Assembly: GCA_002269645.1 (NCBI GenBank)
Contig: NIVC01000618.1
Coordinates: 124,001-188,000, forward strand
Direction: 5' to 3'
Source: Macrostomum lignano
Taxonomy: Eukaryota
DNA: 64,000 nt
Below are positions 11,885 to 24,037 of this stretch, piece after piece. Both the position numbers and the translations under genes were made by a program. The notes beneath the pieces are model-generated. The model did not search any database and had not been told where the DNA came from. It saw only the letters and a program-made list of their open reading frames with translations. Position 1 is the stretch's first letter; every line of letters starts with the position of its first letter.

Positions 11885-12808
11885 TGAAACTATGCTTATG
11901 AAAAGGTTTTAGACCAGAAAAGGCTAGGCAGTGTGATTTAAGAACAATAAAAATGCAACAAACAATGCAATTATCGCGCCGCGATAACACAAATGAACGT
12001 TTGTAAAAATGGCAAAAAATTTCCGCCTTGAAATTTTAAACAACTTTAGAAGTAAATAAACAAAAAATACGGACAAAAGTCTAAAGCAGACGTAGAGAAA
12101 TTATATGCACTACTAAAATACTGTTGATCAGCTTCCTTCAAAGACCATTTTTATTTAGCTGAGGATGAATAGCTCTTTATCGTTAGCATAATTGACTATA
12201 GTTTATAAAATCCTCGGTAGCAGGCCTTTTTTGCGATGCGATATGCAGTAGCTAGAGTGTACATGGAATTCAAGAGCAGTTAGCCAAGGTATTGAGATAC
12301 AATTTTACTACAGAGAAACTAGACACATAAGCATTAGCTTGGCGATTGAAGCTTTCTAACTGCTAATCCTGACAACTGAAAAACCATCGAGCTTTTTTAT
12401 TTTTTAGTTATAACTCATGCATAGTAATGTACTGTAGTATGCATAGAGAAGATTCTAATAATTTTCGTAACATAACCTTCATGAAAATTAGTGGATATTC
12501 TGTTGTACTTTTTAGTTGCGACTTAGTTGCCATTACTTAACCATATAGATCGACATTTCATTTACCCTGCAGTTCTTTCTCGCAGTAATATGTGCCCCAA
12601 TCCTTTTCATCGTTATTAACTCACAAGCTAAATATAATCGCAATTTACGAGAAACTTTGAATTTCAACTCTAAAACTTTCCTTAGTTTCTCTACACATTT
12701 ATAAAGTACTACAATCTATTTCCTGACTAAACAGAACGATAGATGGACATATGCATTGAAACACTTTTGTGGGTCTGCTAAACTGCAATGTGCACTTTCA
12801 GAGAGGCA

Positions 12809-15550
12809 CTAGCCAATCCCAACCCCCGTTGGGGCTTTCCGTCCAAACTCCAACCACAGTTTTCCCCATCCCCAAAATCCCCGATGCAAAGAATCCCCAT
12901 CCAAAGAACCCCCATCGATAGAATCACCGATCCGAATAATTCCCCATTCAGTGAATCCCCTACTCAAGAAATCCCCGATCTACAGAAGCCCCCTATCTAA
13001 AGAATCCCCATCCAAAGAATCCTTCATCCACAGAATCCAAATATAAAGAATCCTCCATCCATCCAAATCCAAAGAATCCCCCCCCCCAGTAAATCCCCAT
13101 CCAAATAATTCACATCATAATCCCCATCTAAATAAACCATAGATCTCCCATCTAAATAATCCATAGATCTCCCATCTAAATAATCTCAGCAAGTCCCTCT
13201 TAAGCCTTCACATCTCATTAATTCCAATAGGTAAGATTTTATACGTGCATTTCAATAAATCCCCTGTAAATCTTGAAATCTTAGAATTCTCTTCCGAGCA
13301 AGCATCCCCTGATAGAAAGTACCCCCACCAAGATTAGTGAAACAATTTCCTCAGCTAGCCAATTCCAACCCCCGTTGGGGCTTTCCGTCCAAACTCCAAC
13401 CACAGTTTTCCCACGCAATAAAATTTCACCCAACTGAATCTCAAATTTAAAGAATCCCCCATTCAAAGAATCCACCACCCATAGAATCTACGATACAAAG
13501 AATCTCACATGCAAAAAGCCCCCATCCAAAAAAACCTCCCATCGATAGAATCCCCGATCCGAAGAATTCCCCATTGAATGAATCCTCCTTCCTCCTATCT
13601 GAAAAATTGCCCATCCATAGAATATTACATGCAGAGAATCCCCATCCAAAGAACCCCCATCGATAGAATCCCCGATCCGAAGAATTCCCCTTCCAATGAA
13701 TCCCCCATCGACAGAATCCCCTAGCCAAAGAATCCCCCCATCCATCCATATCCAAAGAATCCCCCATCCATCCATATCCAAAGAATCCCCCATCCATCCA
13801 TATCCAAAGAACCCCCCCCATCCATCCATATCCAAAGAATCCCCCATCCATCCATTTCCAAAGAATCCCCCATCCATCCATATCCAAAGAATCCCCCATC
13901 CATCCATATCCAAAGAATCCCCCATCCATCCATATCCAAAGAATCCCCCATCCATCCCTATCCAAAGAATTCCCCAGATCCATCCATATCCCCCATCCAT
14001 CCCTATCCTAAGAATCCCCCATCCATCCCTATCCAAAGAATCCCCCATCCATCCCTATCCAAAGAATCCCCCCGATCCATCCCTATCCCCCCATCCATCC
14101 ATATCCAAAGAATCCCCCATCCATCCCTATCCAAAGAACCCCCCCCCGATCCATCCCTATCCCCCCATCCATCCCTATCCCCCGATCCATCCCTATCCCC
14201 ACATCCATCCCTATACAAAGAATCACCCCATCGATTCATATCCAAAGAATCCCCGACCTCCATCCATATCCGAAAAATCCCCCTCCAAAGAATCCCAATC
14301 CAAATAATCCCCATCCACAGAATCCCGATCAAAATAATGCAAAGATACACTCATCTCAATAAACCTCCATCAAAAGAAGCATTGGCCAAAGAGTCCCCTC
14401 ATCTAAAGAACCCCGTCCAAATAATCCAAAGAATCATACTCCAAAAAATCTCCATCCAAAGAATCCAAAGAATCCCCCGTCCAAATAATCCCCCATCAAT
14501 AAAATCCTGGGCTAAAGAATCCCCCCATCTAAAGAATCCCCGTCCAAACAATCCCATCATATTCAAAGGATCCCTTTATCGAAAGAATATTTCATCTATA
14601 GAATCCCCCATTCAAAGAAACCTCCATCGAAAGAACCCCGCATCGATGGAATTTCCCAATGAATCACCTATCTAAAGATATCCATTAGAAGCAGCCCTCA
14701 TGGAAGGAATCCCCAATCCACAGAATTCCCCCCCAAGACTTGACATCTCAACAATTCCCCCCAAGCCTAGAGACCTCAGTAATTCTCTCTTAAGCTTTGA
14801 CATCTCAGCAATTCGCTCTCAAGACTTGAAATTTTAGGAATTTCCCCGCCAAGACTTGACATCTCAGCAGTCCTCCAAGTAAGCCTTTATATCTCAGTGA
14901 TTCCCCCAGTAAGCCTTGGCATCTCAGCAGTCCTCCAAGTAAGCCTTTATATCTCAGTGATTCCCCCAGTAAGTCTTGACATCTTAGCAATTTCTCCCCG
15001 TCCAAAACCTAACATCTCAGCGATTCCCCCAGGCCTTGACATTTTAGAAATTCCCCCCCCGACGCCAGCAGTTCCCTTATTAAGCCTTTATATCTCAGAA
15101 ATCCCCCCAAGCCTTAACATCTCAGCAATCCCCCCACCAAGCCTTGGCATCTCAGAAAGTCCCTCTTCAGCCTTGAGAGCGAATTGCTGAGATGTCAAAG
15201 CTTAAGAGAGAATGAACTGAGGTGTCAAGGCTCAGTGATTTCCTCAGTAGGTCTTCACAACTTAGCAATTTCTCCCCGTCCAAATGCCTGACATCTCAGA
15301 AATTCCCCCACGCCTTTAAACCTCAGCAATTTCTTTGGCATCTCAGCAAGTCCCTTTAAGGCTTGAAATCTCAGTAATTCCCCAGTAAGCCTGCATATCT
15401 GAATAATTCCCCAGTATGTCTTGACATCTTAGCAATCTCACCCGATCAAGCATGCCCTAAGAGCAAGCGTCCTTTTGATAGCAAGCATCCCCTGATAGAA
15501 AGTAACCCAAGCAAGACAGTGAAACAATTTACTCAGCTAGTACAATAATT
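12809..15550 (-). mobile_element. Non-autonomous Helitron-like element(s), repeat-rich 3' portion
   Basis: Minus strand has CCCC-AAC-GGGG hairpin + 8 nt + CTAG at 12809-12812 (followed by T) and again at 13355-13358. The interior is made of AAAGAATCCCCATCC-type repeats (12860-14760) and GACATCTCAGCAATTCCCCCAAGCCTT-type repeats (14740-15470). Confidence 0.65.
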
Positions 15551-15689
15551 AGTTTCTTATCTAGTGCAATAATCCTTTTCAAAATTCAAAGTTTAATAAA
15601 AAATTTGAATCTACTACATGAACGCTCGTAGCTTCTTCTCTTTTACTTGATTTACCGGACGTTTTTTTCAAGTTAAAATTTTTTAATAA

Positions 15690-15765
15690 AAAACTTTTAC
15701 TCTAAAAATTCGAACCCACGTCGCTGCATTAGCAGTTCAGTCTGTTCACCTCTAGGCTAACTCAT
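15690..15765 (-). mobile_element. tRNA-like SINE head fragment
   Basis: GTTAGCCTAGAGG...GGGTTCGAAT has A/B-box-like motifs but no complete cloverleaf. Confidence 0.4.
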
Positions 15766-16439
15766 CGTTTTGATAACATGAATTGTAGCACATATATAAT
15801 TCAACACTGAAAACTCCAAGCATAGAGTAGAAATCACTCGAAGCAAGTTATAACATAATCAATTTCTCAGGCAGGCAATATCAGTTTCAACTATTAAAGT
15901 GAACAATATGGTTACGCAATCTAAATCTAAATCAAATGGCGCTGGCTTGAATTGTGGAGTTGTGATAAAGTAGGGGTTTGCGATACTGGAGATGTACAAT
16001 GAGCATTTAAAGTAAAAAGTATAGAAATTTTCTTTTTAATGCTGTGTTTTTCATTTTTCGAATCTCAGCAAATGAATTATATTCCCGAACTCAGCGTTCC
16101 TAGCTCTTTTCAGCAATACAAGGCTCTCTTCTGAAAGTGAAAAACTCGAAGCACAAACAACGATTCAACATTCCTGCTTTAAAGCATTCAAATTCATAAG
16201 GTGTACATTCAGCGCCAGCTACTGTGAGAGGCCTGCAAGTTGATGCATTGAAATTCACAACCAAGCCAAATTGAATAGCGACACCCGTCCCTCAATTTCA
16301 ATAGCTAAAATGTGTTGCGCAACCTTTCAACGCTTGTAGCTCTCCACGCGAGTGTAGAGAACCAATGCTATAGTTGGCACTGAGTTATGATGCAATACAA
16401 TTCCATCGGCAGTCAGAACGCTTCTTAATCGGAAAAAAA

Positions 16440-17059
16440 CTGTTTAAACTAAAAAAAAACGGGACAAAAATCGAGTTTTTCGAATATTTAATCCCTAAAA
16501 AATGAAGCGATTTCTTAGCAAAATTTTGTGTACCAGCGCACCATCAATACGCATCGAATGCAGCAAACCCCACGAAATTCCGACCACGCAATGTCAAGTT
16601 AAACGAAGGTTCCTATAGATAGGTAGATAGGTAGGTAGGTAGGTAGGTACATAGTTTTGATTTTTAGTATATTGGAAGCATCCAGAATTTTTATTATACC
16701 CCCCCCCTTAATTGGTTACGCAAGTTAAATAGAGTAATTATCTGGGCAGTGGGGCAAAGTGAATTTTCTTATCAGTTGGCTCTGGCGCAATCATTAAAAT
16801 TGGCTGTGAAGTTTCTCGCTGCGCGCAGGCTGATAAAAAAATACACTAAAAAGGCCATTTAAAACAGTTTTTCGAATATTTAATCCCCTTAGCATTGAGC
16901 TAGAGCTTAATAAAATTACATGTACCGTCCCGGGCACATTTGACATCTTTTGGCGAAGAAACGGAGAAAATCGGTTGAGCCTTTTGGGAGATAACCTGTT
17001 ACATACCCACAGACAGACAGGGCCGGTGGAGGGGGGGTTGCTACTTTAGATATATTAGA
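16440..17059 (-). mobile_element. Two Helitron-like 5' termini (17059 and 16676) with adjacent microsatellites
   Basis: A|TCTAATATATCTAAAG...CTGTCTGTCTGT...CTCAACCGATTTT from 17059 downward. TCCAATATACTAAAAATC + (TACC)n from 16676 downward closely matches TCCTATATACTAAAAATG at 22229. Confidence 0.55.
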
Positions 17060-17248
17060 TTATTAGATGTCGTCCTCATATTTTTTTAACTTTAAGCAAT
17101 GTACATTGACTTTTATAAATTATAATTTGTCCTAAACATTATCCAGCTTACAACTAGCTTTCAAAAATCGTCACAAAAACTTTGCTGTAACAAATGAAGT
17201 AGCTTTTCTTTCCTACAGTTTTAGTCAGGTGTGACGTTGTCAGTTTAA

Positions 17249-18026
17249 GGTGGTCCCGAAAAGGGCCGTTGGACTGCTGTTCTCCATAGTCATTCAACCC
17301 TTCAGTTTCACCGTTTCAACTAAACTTTTCCATTCGTTTATTGCGACGTTTACTTGTAGTAGTGCCCAACGATTTTGTGGCAATTTCTAATTCACTGTAT
17401 ATTTTGCTATCCTCTCTCGCGACCGTATAAAATTGGCACGATCGATAATTTTAAGTTCTCTCGCCAGCCAATGAAATCACTCGTGCTCGCGCTACCCCCC
17501 TCTGCGCTCTTTTATTAAACCCCCCCGCCTGGCGGCGGGCACCCCTCACGCTTTTTCGACTCTCCCCGCCTGTTCCTTGTTTCCTTCCCTGCGGCCTCTT
17601 AGCTGTCTTATCTGTTTGTCTGGCTGCCTCGAGCCTCCTTATTTCTCACCACGGCCCTTCTGTCTGGGCCAGCCTGCTCACACACTTACTTGACTGTTTC
17701 ACGCCACGACCGACGCCAACTCGCCACTACGTTTCACTGCCTTCACGGTGCTCATAGCCACTGCTCACGTCACGTCGCCATTGTGTCATTCGCCTGCCAC
17801 TTGACTTCATATCCAAATTATATTCAACCCATTGCTGCAGCCGCCAGTGCCCAGAAAGCTATAGTCTGTTTATTGCCAGTAACAACCAAACTTAATACTG
17901 ATATTAACAATAAAGACAACTACGGCAGTTCCTGCCTTTATCGCCAAGTGCTCCGCTACAAAATCCGCTTTACAAGAATTGACTTCAACTTATTTTGGGA
18001 CTAAAACGGCCCTTTTAAGGGTCACC
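17249..18026. mobile_element. MITE-like element with imperfect 22-bp terminal inverted repeats
   Basis: GGTGGTCCCGAAAAGGGCCGTT (17249-17270) versus the reverse complement of 18005-18026, GGTGACCCTTAAAAGGGCCGTT (18/22 match). TTAA on the left flank only. A related CCCTTAAAAGGGCC occurs near 59540. Confidence 0.4.
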
Positions 18027-18268
18027 GCATAGCTGGCCGCTACGCCAATAACGTGACACAGGGTTATCAATTATCCCTGTCAAAAAGACTGAAACGTATG
18101 TTGATGGTTGCGTTCTTATTTATTACAAGGAACTTGATCTATTAATTATCAATCCACTTTAAGCGACTTTTATGTTTAACCAATAAATCACATCAAATTA
18201 GCAAATAAAACTAAATATAAAATCAAATTTGATTTTTTAGATTTTGTCAGATAAGAAATATTATTTGG

Positions 18269-19564
18269 CTAACAGTTTGACGGCACGGGGACCCGGCCAT
18301 CCGTTCTACCACCACTATGCCGGTACTCAAACTCGCACATGCCTCGGCCGTTGACGATTCGACCGTCTGGTAGCTTGCAGCGAATCTTGGCCAGCACACA
18401 ATAGAGTCTGGCCTCCCAGTTCCAGCCGCAGTAATAGGATGGTGCGTCAACAGAGGTCACCTCGAGTTCGTAGCGTTGATTTCCTTGAACTGTGAGATCC
18501 ACTTGATAAGTCTTGGGCGGTGGCTCGGTCTCGCCAATTTGCCAGAGCGACCGGGAGCTGGCGGTCGCGGCCAGCTTCTTCTTGTCAGGAGTGATGACGA
18601 AGCCGGTGATGAGGTGGGTCATCAGCACTGGCAGGCAGACAAGGTGGAAGGCGATGCAAGTTGAGTCTTCCAGTACGAAGTATTGCAAGATGTATCGATG
18701 AAAGTCGTTCCATTTTCTGTACAGCCCGTAGCTTCTGTCGCGCATGCTGTCCAAGTTCAGCTGCCACTGACCGACGTCTTGCACTTTGATCTCGCCGGTG
18801 AGCCGGCCGAACTGCTCATAGTGCGTCTGGTGCGCCTCCCGCAGCCGCTGGAAGAAGTCGCCGCTCCATGGCTCCCGCGCGATGGCCTCGCAGGTCGGGC
18901 CGGCGTCCATATCGGTGTCGAAGTCGAAGCAGGGCGTCTCCGCCCGCCAGGTGAGGTCGAAGCTGACCTGCCGCACCTGACGACCGCGGCGCTGGCGCAG
19001 CTCTCCGTTGAACGTGACGCGCCACTCTTTCATTGGTGTAACAGTCTGGTAGGCGAGCCCGCCAGCGTTCCAGCTGCTGTCGTCCACCGCGTCAACGTCG
19101 GTGGCGGGACCCCAAGGCCACTCCAGTACGTCGCCGTCCAGAATAGTCTCGGGTGGCCGGATCACCATGATGCATTCGGCCTTGAGATGATGCCGCCGCT
19201 GGATGCCGGCGCCGAAGTACCAGCCGTCGCGGCTGTAGCCGTTGAAATAGGCGGCGTCGATGGCCTGCGGATGCGCGCTCAGTGGCTGGACTCGCTCCAT
19301 GTCTGCCTCGCTAGCGTGGCTTTTTCTGCCGTAGCCGCTGCCGCCTCCGTGTCCACCACCAGCGTCGCCACCGTCGCCGCCGCTGTCGCCGCGAAGCTTC
19401 CGCAGCCGCAGTAGGGCGTAGAAAGCGGCGAACTTGATGGGGTAGAACGGGCCAGGCTGGCTGTACACGCTGAGGTACTTGCCAGCGCTGTGACGGCGGA
19501 GCGCCAGTATCAGTGTTGCTATGGCAACGACAGCTCCTGAGCCGATGTACAGTACGACCGACAT
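18269..19564 (-). CDS. Intronless 431-aa uncharacterised protein with N-terminal TM/signal anchor and a probable CrtC/AttH/tocopherol-cyclase-like double beta-barrel domain
   Basis: Uninterrupted ORF with strong GC3 bias, a hydrophobic N-terminus, motifs AIDAAYFNG, WNAGGL, FDFDTD, AIAREPWS, HQTHYEQFG, RDRSYG..RKW..FHRY, and AATAAA at 18119-18124 (minus). The fold assignment is recollection/inference. Confidence 0.9.
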   Translation of the reverse strand: MSVVLYIGSGAVVAIATLILALRRHSAGKYLSVYSQPGPFYPIKFAAFYALLRLRKLRGDSGGDGGDAGGGHGGGSGYGRKSHASEADMERVQPLSAHPQAIDAAYFNGYSRDGWYFGAGIQRRHHLKAECIMVIRPPETILDGDVLEWPWGPATDVDAVDDSSWNAGGLAYQTVTPMKEWRVTFNGELRQRRGRQVRQVSFDLTWRAETPCFDFDTDMDAGPTCEAIAREPWSGDFFQRLREAHQTHYEQFGRLTGEIKVQDVGQWQLNLDSMRDRSYGLYRKWNDFHRYILQYFVLEDSTCIAFHLVCLPVLMTHLITGFVITPDKKKLAATASSRSLWQIGETEPPPKTYQVDLTVQGNQRYELEVTSVDAPSYYCGWNWEARLYCVLAKIRCKLPDGRIVNGRGMCEFEYRHSGGRTDGRVPVPSNC

Positions 19565-20644
19565 TGTTCAGCTGCAATTGCGTGAAGGTGGCGATACATG
19601 GGATTGCAACTTATTTAGAATAAACTGGGTAGTGCAGGATTCATGATTGCGACGCGAAAGAAGAGATGAGGGAGAGAAGAGAATGCTTTTGGTCATTTCA
19701 GGCAATGATCATTAGAAATTACCGATGTATCAAGCGAGATGGCAATTGCTTTCTACCGCTATATTTCTATAATCTATAGTCTATCGAAAATAGAAATTTT
19801 TAAACACTTAATGGACGATTTCGATTTCTCTCTTTCTGCTGTTACGACGTCTATATGTAGCTTGCTTGCGTTTGCGGGTCTGAGGTGGCTTCATCAGTTT
19901 ATTTTTATCAACTAAAAATCTCCACTGGAGGCTGGCAGCCGCGCAAGATTGAAGCAAAATTGCACCATTATTCCTGTCTTTTTAATGTATTGTTTTCTGT
20001 GGTAGAACCTCGCCCGTTTAACTAGTCTGACTCGTAGGTATGTTTATTTTATGCTCCACTTGATGCAATACATTCTGCAAAAAAATCCTTCCAGAGAAGG
20101 CACTGTGATTTGATTTCAGGGCGTATAGCTGAAAGCATATTTCATGAAGCCATTACTTCTGGGTTGTTGCTGGTTAACAAAAAAATCAATGGAAAGAAAC
20201 TTACCAGGTGAAGTGAAAGTCTTAGTGGTCAAAGTCACGTCTATGTCTACGAAGTTCTTGTAGATTTTTATTACACTTTTAATTGCTTGGAGTGAACGTT
20301 TAAAAACGATCTGGAGCACAGAATTGCCGTCTCTAAAGTTGAGTTTCAACCCCGATAAAGAAACAGTGGTACCACCGCAATTGACAAGCCATAGCGATCG
20401 ATCGAGGCCAGCTCAAAGAACAGCTAAGGTAATTCTTATCTATCTGCCCCTGTGTGTCCTGTGCGCTCAGCTAGGCAGGGTGACCTCACCTGTCAAATGG
20501 GCCGCGATTATTTCGTACCAGGCTGGGGTCTGTCTGTGCCAGCACAGGCCCGTATTTTAATGGTTCCCCCCCCCCAGTTAAAGCTAAGGGGGGACATGCC
20601 AATGCTTTGTCCCCCCCCCACCCCACCTTGTGGCAATCAGTAAT

Positions 20645-20920
20645 TTTTGCGGCGCTAAAATGAGTGCCTGCGGCGCTAAAATGAGTGCCTGCGGCGCTAA
20701 AATGAGTGCCTGCGGCGCTAAAATGATTGCCTGTGGAGCTAAAATGAGTGCCTGCGATGCTAAAATGAGTGCCTCTGGCGCTAAAATGAGTGCCTCTGGA
20801 GCTAAAATGAGTGCCTGCGGCGCTAAAATGAGTGCCTGCGGCGCTAAAATGAGTGCCTGTGGCGCCAAAATGAGTGCCTGCCGCGCCAAAATGAGTGCCC
20901 GCGGCGGCAAAATGAGCGCT
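20645..20920. repeat. 21-bp minisatellite (CTAAAATGAGTGCCTGCGGCG)n
   Basis: About 13 units within a poly-C/poly-G-containing MITE-like segment (about 20545-21030). Confidence 0.92.
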
Positions 20921-21519
20921 GACAACACGATTCTCAAAATAATGGAATTTTAGAAATTTAGTCATGTACATCATGTTAAATTATTGGCTTCGTCCCCCCC
21001 ACCATAAAATCCATGGCGACGCCCCTGATGGTTCAACTAAACGAAAATAGACCTACAGTACAGTGGAACATCGAACTGTAGGGGCGTTGAAATATTATAT
21101 TCAAAAAAGCTGAACTTCGTTTTTAACATCAGGAGCCTGAAATAATTCCGGCGAAGGAATTCTTTAGAGAGAAAGAAGAGTTGAAGAAGTCCACTCTGAC
21201 GAAGTTTTTTTAATCAAGTGTTTGAATTATTTCAACGAATTGCTAATCTTCATTTCAATCTTAGTGACAAAATATTTCTCTTAGCAAAGAAATTAGTAGT
21301 TAGCAAAATTTGTTTAAATTTGTAGTACGCTTGTAAAAATACCGGAATTTTTAGTGATATTTATTTTTTTATTAACAAACGATGCTCATCAGTGAGCAAC
21401 ATACAAATTAGTAAAGCCTAAATTAAATTTGTTTTATACCAGCTTTAGAGGAAACACGTTAGCCGTATACTGCTGAGCTGAAATTTTAAGTCACTTTAAT
21501 TGTAAAGAATGTCGGGTGG

Positions 21520-21860
21520 TCCGTAGCCCAAGCAGTGGTCTAACAGGGCGCTCGATGTGCCAGCGGCCCAGGCTCGATTCCAAGTGCAGTCGCATTAATT
21601 TGGGGCTAAATTGGAATCTCGGCTTGGCTCTGTTCGTGCAATTAACGTCATTGAGAACCAACCCCCAAGACACAGGGAAGCTAACGATAAACAAAGTTAG
21701 GACCGCTGTACACTCCTGTGTGAGTGTGTGCCTGTGCTTATGACTGCGTACGTATCCGCGCGCTTGTGTGCCTGCTCAGGGGAGTCGGCGGAATGGGCAG
21801 TAATGCCTCTCGCTTAGAGTGCGCCACCATGGATGCACACCCCCTTGTCTCTAACTAAAC
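21520..21860 (+). mobile_element. tRNA-derived SINE family A, copy 2
   Basis: GGTCCGTAGCCCAAGCAGTGG...GGCTCGATTCCAAG head. The body is the reverse complement of 8000-8358. Confidence 0.8.
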
Positions 21861-21959
21861 CAAACTAAAATTTAAGGGGGTTTAAACTCTTCTACAAAAT
21901 TCCAATTCGAATGTGTACATATTTAGTAAATCATCTACCTACTTGCTAGTAGCAAGTAA

Positions 21960-22228
21960 AAACTTTGAATAGGATTTTTTCTTTAAAATAGAACTTGGAA
22001 CTTGGGAGAATTACTAAGATTTCAAGGCTTACGGGGGGAATCGCTGAGATGTCAAGTCTGGGGTGGGTATTCTGAGAAGGCTTACGGGGACAAGAGCTGA
22101 GATGGCAAGGCTTGGAGGGGGGAGAATCGCTGAGATATCAAGACTGAGGTGAGAAGCTACATGTAGTTTATTCAAACATTTTTATTACATTCTTTGTCGG
22201 CTCCCCAACGGGGGGCGCTGATTGCTAG
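21960..22228 (+). mobile_element. Helitron-like 3' end, same family as 12809-15550
   Basis: Reverse-complement copies of the 14.7-15.5 kb repeat, then GCTCCCCAACGGGGGGC hairpin (22200-22216) + 8 nt + CTAG (22225-22228). Confidence 0.7.
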
Positions 22229-22700
22229 TCCTATATACTAAAAATGAGTTGTCTAATTCTGATTACCTCCGTACGGGACCGCAGCGATCCTGCAAACTCT
22301 ATTATGACCATTTTGAAACTTTCGTACGCGTGAAAATTATTAAAATCCTCAGGGAAATCCTGAGAAACCCACCGATTCGGTCAGAAAAAAATTAATTAAG
22401 AAAGGCCAAATCAGAGAGAGAAAGTTCAGGTTATTAAAGTTAGTTATACTGTTTAAACTCGGTATTATTAAATGTGCTCTTTGATAGTTGATAGCTAAGA
22501 ACGCAGTTCAGGCAAACTCTGTGGACTTTTGATCAAAATAATGGGAGAAAAAATATTTATAGCATCGCATTACTCCCATCTGACTCCGAGTTTTAACGGT
22601 AGGTAGTTCATTAGGCTGAGGCATAGGTAAAGCGCCAGCCGTTTCCCACTAATCCCATCAGATAAGTAGTTTTTATCGCCAAGCCAATTTGTCTTCATTT
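22229..22700 (+). mobile_element. Helitron-like 5' end abutting the preceding 3' end
   Basis: TCCTATATACTAAAAATGAG starts immediately after CTAG. The right boundary is uncertain. Confidence 0.55.
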
Positions 22701-22839
22701 TCATCAAGCATTAAAGCTCGGTAACTTTATGCTTTAAAGAATAGCTGCTCTGCGTTGGCTCAAAGTGCAGATCCACATCGCTTGGCCAGAGTGGTGAGGG
22801 AGGGTACGCGGAAAATGCAGCTTTGCGAACTAATCCAAC

Positions 22840-23255
22840 GATCTATCTGTCTATCTACCTACCTTAGCTATCTACTTACCTACCCATCTACCTACTTACC
22901 TACCTATCTACCTACTTACCTACCTATCTACTTACCTACCTATCTACCTACTTACCTACCTATCTACCAACTTACCTACCTATATACATACCTACCAATC
23001 TACCTACCAACCTATTTACCTGCCTACCTATTTATCTACCTACTTGCCTACCTAACCTGTGAAACCACGTACCTATCTACCTACATACCTACCTATCTAC
23101 CTATCTTCCTACCTACCTGTCTACCTACGTACCTAGCTACCTACTTATCTACCTGCCTTACCTACCTATCTATCTACTTACCGATCTAACTACCTATGTA
23201 TCTACCTACCAACCTATTTATCTACCTACCCGCCTATCTACCTACTTACACACCT
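22840..23255. repeat. (TACC)/(TATC) compound microsatellite
   Basis: Directly visible. Confidence 0.95.
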
Positions 23256-23336
23256 AGTTAAATACTGCAGAAGCCAGGACAAATCACTGCCAGTCATCAG
23301 AGTTCGGGTCATCAGGCTGCAAGGAGGCTCAGCCTC

Positions 23337-24035
23337 CTAGCGTATCCCCAGCAGCGACCGCAGCCCGTTGGCGCTCCGCGATCCGCTCATATCGCCGCTC
23401 CGGCCGCCGTTTTTGCCAGTCGACGCAGCCGTCTTAGCGATCGGCCGCCGACAGTTCAGCGGCATGTAGTGCTCGAAGTCGGACTGGTTTACGTACAGAA
23501 CCACCCACTGCTCGCCCTGGCTGTAGTACTGGGCCAGCAGCCGGCGCCGCCTCTCGGTGAGCTGAAACGGCAGCCGCGTCCTGTGCGGATAATAGGCCTC
23601 GATTTTGCCGTGCGACAGGGCGAAGCTGGCCACCAGCTCGTACTTGTCCTCGCCGTCTTTCACTTTGCGCTGGTACAACTCCTGCATTCGACTGGACTCG
23701 GCTGGTGTCATCAGCCTTGGCTGCTGCGGTTGCTGCTGCTGTTGTTGCTGCTGCTGCTGCTGTTGCGGCTGTGGCTGCACAGCAGTGCCTTCGGCTGTGG
23801 AATTTTCCGTCACCACGGCGGATCGAGAAGTTGGTAGAAGATCCCAAACGAATGTTGGACCCGGTTGGTGCTGCTGTTGATGCTGCGACTGCGCCTGCTG
23901 GCTGCCTCCGCCGAAGCTGCTGCTGCTGCTGCTCTGGTGCGTCAGGTGCTGATGATGGCGATGGTGCCGACGGTGACCGCCGCCACCGCCGCCGCCGCCG
24001 CCTCCATCACCGCCGAAAGAGAATCCACCCGGCAT
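23337..24035 (-). CDS. Uncharacterised 232-aa protein (polyG/His/Ser/polyQ N-half, globular-looking C-half); possibly the last exon of a longer gene
   Basis: Open frame with strong GC3 bias in the non-repetitive part (QELYQRKVKDGEDKYELVASFALSHGKIEAYYPHRTRLPFQL...YMPLNCRRP). No recognisable family. Confidence 0.75.
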   Translation of the reverse strand: MPGGFSFGGDGGGGGGGGGGHRRHHRHHQHLTHQSSSSSSFGGGSQQAQSQHQQQHQPGPTFVWDLLPTSRSAVVTENSTAEGTAVQPQPQQQQQQQQQQQQPQQPRLMTPAESSRMQELYQRKVKDGEDKYELVASFALSHGKIEAYYPHRTRLPFQLTERRRRLLAQYYSQGEQWVVLYVNQSDFEHYMPLNCRRPIAKTAASTGKNGGRSGDMSGSRSANGLRSLLGIR

Positions 24036-24037
24036 CT

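Noticed and set aside
18476-19577. Overlapping ORFs on other frames or strands of real genes and of the LINE (e.g. 18683-19414, 23469-24061, 28117-28533, 38106-38755)
   Set aside because: These are shadow ORFs expected from GC3-rich coding sequence.
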